From Chiloscyllium plagiosum (Eukaryota), in assembly GCF_004010195.1 (NCBI RefSeq), contig NC_057750.1, forward strand, positions 5,364,438 through 5,426,437: DNA of 62,000 nt. The letters run 5' to 3'. Positions 1-30,200 of the stretch are shown here, piece by piece (the stretch's first letter is position 1; each line of letters begins with the position of its first letter). The position numbers were made by a program, and so were the translations under genes. Below the pieces are notes generated by a model. That model was not told the origin of the DNA, made no database searches, and saw only the letters and a program-made list of their open reading frames with translations.

Positions 1-385
1 TGAGAGGGGATCTGATTGAGACATGTAAGATTATGAAAGGATTGGACACTCTGGCAGTAGGAAACATATTTCACTGATGTGTGAGTGCCGAACCAGAGGA
101 CACAGCTTAAAAATATGGGGTAGACCATTTAGGACAGAGCTCAGGAGAAACTTCTTCACCCAGAGAGTGGTGGCTGTGTGGAATGCTCTGCCCCAGAGGG
201 CAGTGGAGGCCCACTCTCTGGATTCATTTAAGAAGGAGTTGGATAGAGCTCTCAAAGATAGTGGAATCAAGGATTATGGAGATAAGGCAGGAACAGGATA
301 CTGATTAGGAATGATCAGCCATGATTATATTGAATGGCGGTGCAGGCTCGAAGGGCTGAATGGCCTACTCCTGCACCTATTGTCT
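1..385 (+). mobile_element. CR1 LINE 3' end
   Basis: [30 protein letters not shown]-terminal motif, then a 3' UTR ending in (ctattgt)n. Confidence 0.85.
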
Positions 386-1343
386 ATTGTCTATTGTCAT
401 TCCATCACAATCCGGACTTGTGTAAAACTGCAGTTAATACTTACAATGTTCATTGCATATCAAGCATACAACCCAAGAGGTTTTACAAAGGTTCCAGCCC
501 TGGGCATATTTTGATGGGAGAGCCTTTGAATTCAACATCTTTAAATTGTGAACCATTTCTTTCAGTTTGTTATCATGTCCTCCCCTCCCTCCACCCCAGT
601 GAGACTGTCTGTTCTTCCCAGTCTGGCAGTTAGACACCATTGTTCTGCCATTCTCACATTCCAACCACTTAATCTGAACTATCAACATCCTTTCTCCCTA
701 AGCACTCTACAGCCACTATCTCCACACCTCAGCCCCCAAACTGTAGCATAAATGTGTCCCCTCCATACTTTGATACAGAGCCATCTAGACTGGAAACGTC
801 AGCTTGCTCTCTCTCCACGGATGCTGCCTGACCCGCTGTGATCTCCAGCATGTGTTGTTTTCAGTAGAGTCCAGCAGCTGTGGTCATTTGTTCCTAAGCC
901 TCTACGATGGTTACCCAAATCATAGAGTCCCTACAGTGTGAAAGCAGACCATTCAGCCCATCGAGTCCACATCAAACCTCCCCCAGACTCAACACCGTTC
1001 CACCCCCCATCCTATCCCAGTAACCCTGCATTTTCTAGGGCCAATTCACCTAACCTGCACATTTTTGGGCTTCAGTTCTTCCTTCAGAACAAAGTCCGAA
1101 ACCTTGTCCTGATGAAGGGCTTTTGCCCGAAACATTGATTTTCCTGCTCCTCAGATGCTGCCTGACCAACTGTGCTTTTCCAACACCACACTTCTCAACA
1201 CTCTCTATGAACACAGCTCTTCACTCTGGAAGAGCAGTGAGTTTCTGGCAGCTCAAGGAGCACCTTTCACTGATTTGATAGCCCTCCAGGTGCATTCGAT
1301 GTTTCTCTCCCATGAGCAGACTGTAGGGCACAGAGCTGCTTTG

Positions 1344-1640
1344 GGGTGGCATTGTGGCTCAGTGGTTAGCACTGCAGCCTCACAGCACCAGGGTGCTAGG
1401 ACAATCAATCCTATCCTCGGGTGATTGTCTGTGTGGAATTTGCAAGTTCTCCCCATGTCTGCGTGGGTTTCCTCCCCACAGTCCAAAGATGTGCAGATCA
1501 GGTGAATTGGCCATTCTAAATTGCCCATAGTGTTAGGTGCATTAGTCAAAAGCGAAATGGGTCTAGGCGAGTTACTCTTCGGAAGGTCGGTGTAGACTGG
1601 TTGGGCTGAAGGGCCTGTTTCCACACTGTAGGGAATCTTT
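1344..1640 (+). mobile_element. HE1-like tRNA-derived SINE (representative). Other copies: ~1860-2147(-), 5036-5192(-), 14130-14375(-), 14601-14810(+), 15290-15610(-), 20655-20907(-), 26694-26795(+), 38578-38860(+), 40425-40752(+), 50445-50790(+)
   Basis: tRNA-like head tggctcagtggttagcactgc (A box; B box ggttcgattcc in better-preserved copies), conserved core ctgtgtggagtttgca, CR1-like tail. Confidence 0.85.
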
Positions 1641-3542
1641 AAAAAAAAATTTTTAAATCTTGACAGAGGTGCACCGCATCTCTCTCCAAATCAGCCCTCC
1701 CCAGAATGGTGCAGCTGCTGTCTGTGCCTTCCCACAGCTGGGAATTACACTACATTTCTGGATGTATAGGAAGAACCTAACTGGAAGCACCTTTCCTCAC
1801 CAGCTAAGTGATGTCCCAGCTGCTTGCTTCTAAGTTCTGGCGATCTGCCCTTTTCCCTATGGTACAGAAGCAGGCTTTTCAGCCCATTGGGTCCATACCG
1901 ACTCTCTGGAGAGCATCCCACCTAGACCCAAGCCAACCTTATCTCTGTAACCCTGCATTTCCCATGGCTAACCCACCCAAGCCTGCACATCTGTGGACAG
2001 TGGGATGAAACCAGAGCACCTGGAGGAAACCAACACAGACACAGGGAGAATGTGCAAACTCCACACAGACAGTCACCCGAGGCGGGGATCGAAGCTGGGT
2101 CCCTGGCGCTGTGAGGCAGTAGTGCTAACCACTGAGCCACCGTGCCACCCTGACCTTGCTAAATACCTGTATGACAATCTGACTCAGGGGCTATCTGACA
2201 GGATTGAGCATCTCCTTTCCCTAGGGCACCTGGAGGATGTTATGTGTTACCCATTGCTCAATGGACAGCTGGTTGGAAGGGTTTTCCATTACTGGGAATG
2301 GAATGCCAATATTCTGGAGTCCCCACTCTGCCAGTTTTCCACAAAGAACTGCAGATGCTGGAAATCAGAAACAAAGGCAGAAACTGCTGGAGAAACTCAG
2401 CAGGTCTGGCAGCATCTGTGGAGAGAAAGCAGAGTTAATGTTTCGAGTCCGGTAAACCTTCAGACCTGCTGAGTTTCTCCTGCGCGCTCCACTTTTTCTC
2501 CACACTCTGGCAACTCCTCATTCTGCTTCTGGGGTTATTTTGAATACAGCTCACAACTGGGTCATCGCAAAAGATCAGCATTTCCAGGGAAGCTTTCTGT
2601 GGCTTTTTTTAATGGATAGAAGTGCTTTACCACACACTCTGAAAGGCTTTTCACATCACCAAATCACCCTTTCTATCCACCACAGTTAAATCAGGAATCT
2701 GAGCTGATTAAATCTGATCTTTAAAAATGTTAACCTATTTTTCTAACCAACCTGTTCAGAAATGTTATTACACACCTCTGAAGCAGGTGGGACTTGAACG
2801 TGGGTCACCTGGATCCACAGCTAAAGACTGCGCTACACATGCCCTCCAGCAAGAAGCTTCCTACTTCTTCCTGTTAAATTGGGAAAATGAGCTGTTAATA
2901 ACTATTCTCTAACCAACCTGTTCAAAGATGGGAGAAAGTGAGGACTGCAGATGCTGGTGATCAGAGTTGAGAGTGTGGCGCTGGAAACACCCAGCAGGTC
3001 AGGCAGTATCTGAGGAGCAGGAGAATCGACATTTTGAGCATAAGAAATTCAAAGGCTGCATCAGGCTGTTCGAAGATGCTCTGACACATTCTGAACAAGT
3101 GGGACTTGAACCTGAGCTTCCTGACTCTGAGGTTGGAACACTACCACTGTGCCACAGGAGTCCTAATTCACTTCTTTTTCCTTCCCACTACTCAAGTCTT
3201 TCTTATAAAAGCAATGGAGCAGCTTGGCCTCCAAGGTCTAGGGACAGGGACACTACCTCTGCACCACAAGAGCTCCATCAGAGTCTGCTTTATTTTAAAT
3301 ATGTATTTATTTTTTAATGTCGTGAGACAGAAAAAAAAATGTAGGAGGCACCATTGTGAATCAACATTATTCGTTTTGCTTCTTCACCACTGTGTGGTCA
3401 ATTGAATATTCACAAGCAAAGCCAGTTAAGGACAATGTTAACATCAGAAAGTGATGATTTGGAGGTGCCATTCTTGGACTGGGCTGGACAAAGTTCAAAA
3501 TCACACAACACCAGGTTATCATCCAACAAGTTTATTTGGAAG

Positions 3543-3577
3543 CACTAGCTTTCGGAGCGCTGTTCCTTCATCAGGTG
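3543..3577 (-). ncRNA. Minimal type I hammerhead-ribozyme motif in a Penelope-type repeat end
   Basis: - strand reads CAC-CUGAUGA-A-GGAAC(AGC)GCUCC-GAAA-GCUA-GUG; a + copy at ~4535-4569 has a perfect stem II but GAAA mutated to AAAA. Confidence 0.6.
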
Positions 3578-3994
3578 GTTGTGGAGTACCCCTTAGCAAG
3601 TAAATTAATCAGTTGGAAACCACGGGTGATTTACTGGTGGTGCTCAAGAGTTGAGAAAAAAAACCACGGGAGATTTAGTGAGGGGGATATAAACATTTGA
3701 TTGTGCACCTTGGGAAATTACAAACCAGGGATCCGCGCGCCCTCCCCACCCCCCAACCCCTGTTTTTGTAATATCCCGAAGTGCTCTCTCACACAATCGA
3801 ATGGATTTCTTGGAGTGGGAGTGTATAGTGTCCACTGGCCGGCTGCAATCAAGGGGTCATCACAGGGTCAAGGGAACAACTAGAGACTTTGAGTTAATCC
3901 AAGTCCCTTTGAGATTGTGATTTTTGTTACAGTGCCCCTGGGTGGCACTGCAACTTCCCAAATGTAGCCTGATTAAGATATTTTGGATTAACCT

Positions 3995-4080
3995 GGCATT
4001 GACCCGAGAACGTGTGGGAACGAAGGTGAGACCTCTGCTGAGGACTGATCTTTCATCCTCAGAGAGGGGCAAGTCCGGCA
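3995..4080 (-). mobile_element. Penelope-like element ORF fragment
   Basis: PDLPLSEDERSVLSRGLTFVP resembles the LS..E..VL.KGL.F.P N-terminal motif of Penelope-like proteins. Confidence 0.6.
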
Positions 4081-5404
4081 CATCCTCAGAGAGGATGTGA
4101 ACCGGGGCCTCCTAGGTCAGTGCTGATGTCCTCACTATTCACTACAACATCCCTTCAAACTATTTTTTTCTCTTTTGTATCTAGAAGGGCTCTTACACGG
4201 TTTCCCCATCATCAAATCACCCATGGTATTAATTGTAGCATCGCTACAGTGCAGACAGAGGCCAATCGACCCATTGTGTCTGCACTGACCCTCCAAAGAG
4301 CATCCCACCCAGACCTGTAACCCCACGTTTACCATGGCTAATCCAGACTATGACCATCACCAACAAGAGGCAGTATAACCACCAAGGAGAAAGTGAGGCC
4401 TGCAAATGCTGGAGATCAGAATCGAGAATGTGTTGTTGGAAAAACAAAGCAGGTCAGGCAGCATCCAAGGAGCAGGAGAGTCAACATTTCAGGCCAGAGC
4501 CCTTCATCAGGAATCCAACTATGTACTCCATAACCACCTGATGAAGGAGCAGCGCTCCAAAAGCTAGTGCTTCCAATTAAACCTGTTGGACTGTAACCTG
4601 GTGTGGTGTGATTTTTAACACTCCAGTCTAACACCGGCATCTCTAAATCCTCCACCACTGACGCTCAGGAGCAGCAGTGTGTACCATCTACAAGATGCAC
4701 TGCAGGAATCCGCCAAAGATCCTCAGACAGCACCTTCCAAATTCACAACCACTTCCATCTCGAAAGACAAGGACAGCAGATATATGGGAACACCACCCCT
4801 TGCAAGTTCCCCTCCCAGCCACTCACCATCCTGACTTGGAAATATATTGCCTTCCCTTCAGTGTAGTTGAGTCCTAATCCTGGAATTCCCTCTCTAAGGA
4901 TATTGTGGGTCAACCCACAGCAGGTGGACTGCAGCAGTTCAAGAAAGCAGCTCACCCCCACCTTCGCAAGGGGCAAATAGGGACGGGTAATAAATGCTGC
5001 CTCTGCCAGTGACACTGACAAATGAATAAAAACACAATCCACCTAACCCGCACATCTATGGACTGTGGGAGGAAACCTACACAGGCACAGGGAGAGCAGA
5101 CAAACTCCCCACAGACAGACGCCTGAGACTGCAATCAAACCCAGGTCCGTGGCGCTGTGGAGCAGCAGTGCTAACCACTGAGCCATCATGCCCATTAACC
5201 ATTGACTGACTTCATCAAAATAGTAATGAAAGGGGAACAGACGGGACTAGTGTGGGAAGGGAGCTGCAAGGCTGAATAGTTAGTAAACTCTAACCACAAG
5301 GAAGGGTGCCTGGGTTTCTGTTTCACTGACTGACTTGGGCAAAAGTGATTTGCTAGAATAGTTCCAGAAATGAGAACTTCAGTGATGAGAATAAATTGAA
5401 GAAA

Positions 5405-7260
5405 TTATGATAGTTTTCGCTGGATAGTTGCCTTTATTAGCTGAGGCACAGTGTTTAAGAGCAGGGAGGCGTTGCTGGAACTGTATAAAATTTTGGGCAG
5501 AAGTGGGTACTGCAGATGAAGGGCTTTTGCCCAAAACGTCGATTTTCCTGCTCCTTGGATGCTGCCTGACCTGCCGTGCTTTTCCAGCACCATTCTACTC
5601 TTGTATAAAAGGCCACAGTGAGAGTAATTCTGGAATCCAAATTTTAGTAGGGATGTGACAGCACTGGGAGAGGGGGCAGAGGAGATTTCCCAGGATGTTG
5701 CCTGGGCTGGAGAGTTTTAGTCACGATGAGAGATTGGACAGACTGGGGTTATTTCCCTGGGAGCAGAGGGTAGGGACATGATTGAGACGCATAATATTAT
5801 GAGGGGCAAGGACTGGGTAGACAGGAAGAAACTTTTCCTCTTGGTGAAGGGATCAATGTCCGGGGGGGGGTGTACAGATTTATGGTAAGGGGCAGGAGGT
5901 TTAGAGGGAAACAATTTTTTCAACCAGACGGTGATGGGAGATGGAACTCACTGCCAGGAAGTGTGTCATTGATTCATAAAGTCATAGAGATGTTCAGCAT
6001 GGAAACAGACCCTTCGGTCCAACTCATCCATGTCGACCAGATAACCTAATTTAATCTAGTCCCATTTGCCAGCATTTGACCCATATCCCTCCAAACCCTT
6101 CCTATTCATATACCCATCCAGATGCCTTTTCAATGTTGTATCAGCCTCCACCACTTCCTCTGGCAGCTCATTCCATACACGCACCACCCTCTGGGTGAAA
6201 AGGTCCCCTTGCGGTTAGAGTTTAAATCTTTCCCCTCCCACCTTATACCTATGCCCTCTTCTTTTGGAGTCACCCACCCTGGGAAAAAGACACTGTCTAT
6301 TCACCTTATCCATGCCCCGCTTGATTTTATAAACCTCTATAGCCTCTGACACTCCAGGGAAAACAGCCCAACCTATTCAGCTTATAGCTCAAACCCTCCA
6401 ACCCTGGCAGCATGCTTGTAAATCTTTTCTGAACACTGTCAAGTTACACAACATTCTTCCAATAGGAAGGAGACCAGAACTGCATGCAGTTTTCCAAAAG
6501 CGACCTAACAAATGTCCTGCACAGCTGCAACATGACCTCCCAACTCCCGTACTCAATACTCTGACCAATAAAGGAAATGCCTTCTTCACCATCCTTTCTA
6601 CCTGTGCCTCCACTTTCAGAGAGCTATGAACCTGCACTCCAAAGTCTCTTTGTTCAGCAACATTCCCCAGGACCTCACCATTAAGTATGTAAGTCCTGCT
6701 CTGATTTGCCTTTCCAAAATGCAGCACCTCACATTTATCTGAATTAAACTCTATCTGCCACTCCTCAGCCCATTGGCCCATCTAATTTTGATCCTGTCGT
6801 TCTCTGAGGTAATCTTATTCACTGTCCACTCCACCTCCAATTTTGGTGTCATCTGCAAACTTACTAACCATACCACCTATGTTCACATCCAAATCACTTA
6901 TATAAATGATGAAAAGCAATAGACCCATAGGGATGCACAGCACAGAAATGGACCCTTCAGTCAAACTTGCCCATGCTGACCAGCATCCTAAATTTAATGA
7001 GTCCCATTTGACTGCATTTGGCCCATATCCTTCTAAACTCTTTCTATTCATATACTCATCCAGATACCTTTTAATACCAGCCTCCACCACTTCCTCTGGC
7101 AGCTCATTCCATACACACAGGAAATGTTGTCCCTTAAGTCCCTTTTAAATCTTTCCCCTCTCACCCTAAACCTATGCACTCTGGTTTTGGATTCCCCCAC
7201 CTTAGGGAAAAGACCTTGTCTATCTACCCTATCCATGCCTCACATGATTCTACGAGCCTC
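5405..7260. mobile_element. Cluster of CR1 fragments (+ ~5405-5960; - ~5978-7260)
   Basis: [31 protein letters not shown] and RTRGH-like motifs in the ORF track. Confidence 0.85.
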
Positions 7261-7737
7261 CAGTGGTAGAGACAGAAATGCCTCGTTATGTTTAAGAAAT
7301 ATTTAGAGGTGCACTTGTGATGCCAAGGGATACAAGGCAATGAGAAGGAAGTGAGGACCGCAGATGCTGGAGATCAGAGTTGAGAATGTGGCGCTGGAAA
7401 AGCACAGCAGGTCAGCCAGCATCCAAGGAGCAGGAAAATCGACGTTTCAGCATCCAATGAGCCAAGTGCTGGAAAATGGCATTAGAACAGTTCGAAGGTT
7501 GGCGCAGACCCTATGGGCTGAAGGGCCTTTCTCTTTGCTGTAGAATTCCAAGACTCCAGGAACACAGAGATATGAGGATGGATCCAAAATCTTGGTCGAT
7601 GAGGTAGATTTTAAGGAGTGTCTTAAAAGAGGGGAGAGGAGCAGAGAGGTTTAGGGAAGGAATTCCAAAGCTCTCAGTGAGTACAAGCTCAATCTACTCC
7701 CCCTCTTCCTCCTAATACAGTCCCTCTCTATCTTCAT

Positions 7738-7773
7738 ATTCCTGATGAAGGGCTTTTGCCTGAAACGTCGATT
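7738..7773 (+). ncRNA. Minimal hammerhead-ribozyme motif, second Penelope-type family (also ~1106-1139+, 11072-11107+, 17557-17592-, 17738-17773+)
   Basis: CUGAUGA-A-GGGC(UUUU)GCCU-GAAA-CGUC, with palindromic ACGU as stem III. Confidence 0.55.
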
Positions 7774-8184
7774 TTCCTGCTTCTCGGATGCTGCCTGACC
7801 TGCTGTGCTTTTCCAGCACCACTCTAATCTCCAGCATCTGCAAGTACCCACTTTCGCCAAATAAATTGCTATACATCCCCACCCAACACACACCCTGCCA
7901 ACATCTACCTCCCCATTCACACCCTGAAAAGCACATTATCTGCAAGGTATCACAGTGCTGTTTGTGGGAGATTGGTTGCCAATACATGACAACATGAGTC
8001 AGACTTCAAGAAATGTTCCACTGACAGCCAGCAACTGCCAAAGGTGCTATCCAAATGCAATTCAGTTGTGAGCAAATTGCTGCAGAATGATGTGAAAGAG
8101 ATTACAGCCAGGGCCAGAAGCTAAATCAGAGCTACTGAGCTGTAGGAACAGCTTATTTCCTGGTTTCCGTGTGTGTTTGATTCT

Positions 8185-26095
<17,911 letters not shown>

Positions 26096-26351
26096 CTCCT
26101 TCAAGCGTTTGAGAGAACCGCAGTGAAGCAAAACTCTGCCAACTTGAGGAAGTTGGAAGACAAATCCAGGGAGACTTGAAGCAAGAAAATTGGGTCAGGA
26201 TGTTTAAAAAAAACCCTGCATCCCTCATTCTTTCAACCCACTTTGTACACACTATACCCTAGATAGAAAACTTCTAGCAATTCAAAGAAAACTGCTGTAA
26301 CTTTTGCAAAGAGTTCATTGTCTAATTAGTATAAGACTCAGCAAATTTCAT

Positions 26352-26357
26352 AATAAA
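26352..26357 (+). terminator. Probable poly(A) signal of the PSMA6-like gene
   Basis: AATAAA about 260 nt after the stop codon, in non-repeat sequence. Confidence 0.6.
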
Positions 26358-27209
26358 AGGGGAATTTAACATGCAAACAAACAGCTTTGCGCTCTTGTGT
26401 AATCATTTAAAAGACTAACAAATTGTTCAAAATTGTTTATGTCCATTAATAATAAGAATTTTAATATATCATATCTGTAGTTCAATGGGTAGCACTTTTG
26501 CCTCTGAATCTGGAGGCTCTTGGTTAGAGCAAAGAATAGTACAGCAAGCCTGTGCCAACACATTCTGCCCTTCCATCGTGAAACTGTCTTCACTTACAGG
26601 ATCCTTATCCCTCTATTCCCTTCCTATCCATGTATTTGTCCAGGTGCTTCTTCAATCCCCGCCCCAAGGGATTTGAACATAGGATTTCAGATAGGGGCAG
26701 CACGGTGCTTAGCACTGCTACCTCACTGCGTTGGGGACCCAGGTTCGATTCTACCCTCAGGCGACTGTCTGTGTGGAGTTTGTATGTTCTCCCCTTCTAG
26801 CTTTGTCCACCCCAGTTCCACTCTGGCATCCTCCATGTCATGTTCACCCAGAGTAAGGGTGTTTGGAATTCACTGTCAGTTTGGTGGTTGAGGTATAGAC
26901 CTTCGAATGATTTAAAATGACGTTGAATCTGCTCCTGACATGTTGTATCCTGCAGGTCTGCATGAAGCAGGTGCTGGGTTAGTGGGATTAAAAGTAGGTC
27001 GCTAGTTTATTCAGGGAGAAAGTGAGGACTGCAGATGCTGGAGATGCTGCTAGTTTATTCAGGCAATGCAGACAAGATGGGCCAAATGGCCTCTTTCTGT
27101 GCTGTACCTTTTCTCTGGTTCGATGGCTCAGTTGGACATGACCTTTGTTTCTTCACCACTTTGCCCTCTCTTTCGGCCCCTGAAATCTTTTTTTTTGAGA
27201 GGTGAAAAG

Positions 27210-30200
27210 TTTTTTTTATAGATATTTTTCTTGAAGAAAAAGGAAAATTTTTAAAACTCTTTTTACAAACTTACAAAATAACACAAACAAATATAAACAC
27301 TAATATACAATTAAATATTAAATAAATAATAACCAAAACACAACAAACAAAAAAAAACTCAACTAAATACGAATTTAATCTACAAATAACCAAAGCATAT
27401 AATAAAATATCTTACATTACTCAAAAAAACATAGTAATAAAAGAATTAAGTACATGCTCAGAATGAATTAACATCAAGTCATAATAAAACCCATATTCAT
27501 ACAGGATTCCTCCCCCAAGGGGCCCCGGACCAGTCAGAACCACTACCACAACTAAGTAAAAGCCCTTGACAATATGGCTGAAATATCTGTATCTATATAG
27601 TTCAGGAAGGACTGCCATATTTTATAGAATTATTCAGTTTTTTGGTGCACCATATTTGTAAGGAAGTCAAGGGGAATATATTCCATGATTAACCTGTGCC
27701 AATTCGAAGTCCTGGAGGGCCCTCAGCTACCCAATTTACGAAAGTATTTTCCTTGCACAAAAGGAGAGAATGGAAAATAATTACTTCCTGTGCACATCCA
27801 GAGAGGGCAGGTTCGAAAAGCCCAGGAAAAGAGATACTGGATCTACTCCAATTTCCGCTCCCAAGATTTCTGTCAGTGCATTTGCTACTCTGATCCAGTA
27901 TTTGCGGATCTTATGTCCATAAGCAGTGTGTGAGAGTGCCCACTTCTATTTTACATTTAGGACACATTGGAGATGTTCCTGCCCTAAATTTTGCCAGTCA
28001 TTCCAGTGCTATATGAGCCCTATGGAGTATCTTTAGTTGGATGGCTTGGGTTCTATTACAAATGGAGTTCTTTCTGGCATTTTCCCAGATGTCATCCCAC
28101 ATTTCTGAAGGGATTTCCAACCCAATTCCTGATTCCATGTTTTAAACAATTGTTCCATGTCTTTTGATACTTCGTTCTGTAATGAGTGATAGAGAGTGCT
28201 GACTGAGGGTGGACCCATTGGCCATAACACTCTTCTTTCCCTATCTGATTTATAAGAGCTATCTAATAATGTGGTCTTCTTCTGTATATAATCTTGAATT
28301 TGGAAATATCGAAAAAGGTCTCCATTAGGCAGTCCAAATTTCTGGTGCAGCTGTTCAAAAGACATCATAACCTCCCCATTGAACAGATCCCCTAAGCAAG
28401 AAATACCCCTGGACCTCCGGGTTTTAAATGTAGCATCTGTGTGCCCCGGTTGTATAAGGAGTATAAGGAGAGGTTTTTTGTGAATTACCCTCATCTTGCA
28501 GCATTATCTTCCAGGCTTTAATTGTATTTAATACAATAGGGTTTTACAATGGTCCATAATAACTTTCATCTTATCTAAAAATAAGAGATTAATGAGAAGC
28601 CTCAATGTCCAGCCAGATTGATTGCGGGTCACACGAGACCCAGTCGGCTGCGTAGCTTAATAGAGAACTCATCTGATACTTCCTAAAGTCTGGAAAATCC
28701 AGTCCTCCCCTTGCTTTTGGAAGCTGCAGCTTCTTTCATTTAATAAGGGGCTGTCTATGATTCCAAATGAAAGAACCAAGCCAACCGTATAGTTTACACA
28801 ATGCCAGCCTCGGCAACATCACAGGGAGCATTCTCATAGGGTATAAGAGATGAGGCAAAATATTCATTTTAATTAGAGCTATTTTGCCAAACCAAGATAT
28901 CGGGAGATCCCCCCAGTGTTGAAAGTCCTGCCTTATCTTCTCTAATAGGTGCACAAAATTGACTTTGTACAGCTGACCAAATACTGGATGATAAAAATAC
29001 CTAAATATAAAAAACCCTCCAGAGACCACAGTAAGGGAAAGCAAGACCTGGCCGATAAATTGGACATACTAGCGAGACCACCCATCGGCATAGCCTCCGA
29101 TTTTGTGAAATTGATTTTGTAACCTGTGAACGCACTAAATAAATTGATTACTTGGATCAGACGGGACACGGATATCAAAGGATCATTAAGATAAAGGAGA
29201 ACAGCGTCTGCATAAAGGGTAATTTTATGTTTACTCGAACCAACCCTCGGAGCCATTATATTAGAATCGGCCCGTATAGCTTCAGCTAGTGTTACAATTA
29301 TTAGCGTGAATAATAACGGTGAGAGAGGACATCCTTGACGACAGACCCTACCCACACTGAAGTTATCCGAGCCTAAACCATTAATAATCACGGCTGCTTT
29401 GGGGTCATTGTACAATATTGAGACCTATTTGGCGTATACCTTTCTGACACCAAACTTTTCCAGGGTGTAAAACAGATATGACCATTCAACTCGATCGATT
29501 GCTTTCTCCGCATCTAAAGAGACTACTATTCCCAGTATTCTTTCCTGATGACATACTTGAATCACATTTAAAATTCTTCTAATGTTATTAGATGATCTAC
29601 AGTCTTTGAAGACCTCGTCAGGTCCTCTTTTATGATGTATGGTAAAACCCTCTCCAGCCTTAATGCTAATGTTTTAGAAAGAATTTTAAAATCTACATTT
29701 AGCAAAGATATTGGTCTGTATGATGTTCAATCTCCTGGGGCCTTTTCTTTTTTAAGAATGAGAGAAATATTTGCTTCTCTCATCAAAGGCGGGAGGCAGC
29801 CCTGACTATATGAATAATTATACATGTCTATAAGTAGACCAGCCAGTACCCCTATAAACTCTTTGTAGAATTCAGCCTGGAATCCATCTGGGCCAGGTGC
29901 CTTACTGCTCTGAAGCTGCCTGATTGTGTCCAGTACTTCCTGGGTTGTCAGAGGAGCATTCAGGATCGACACCCTGTTCCAGGGTTAAGTCCGGAAAGGC
30001 CAGGCTTTTAAAAAAGGACTCCATCTTTTTAGCTCTGTCTTCACAATCCTGTGATTTATACAGATCAAAATAAAACTTTCTGAAGGCTGTATTGATCCTT
30101 TTGTGGTTCTGAGTCAAAGTACCAACACTTTCCCTAATGGTCATGATAGCTTGAGGGGCCTTTTTTCTCCTTGCAAGATATGCTAGGTATCTACCAGGCT

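Noticed and set aside
1344..1420. tRNA genes (also 38578, 40425, 50445 and others)
   Set aside because: The tRNA-like heads continue into SINE core and tail sequence; they are SINEs
2730..3300. CRISPR-like or tandem-array appearance of repeated ctgttc..gtgggacttgaac units
   Set aside because: Irregular, degenerate copies of a dispersed SINE-like repeat (also near 50960-51050) in vertebrate DNA; no repeat-spacer periodicity
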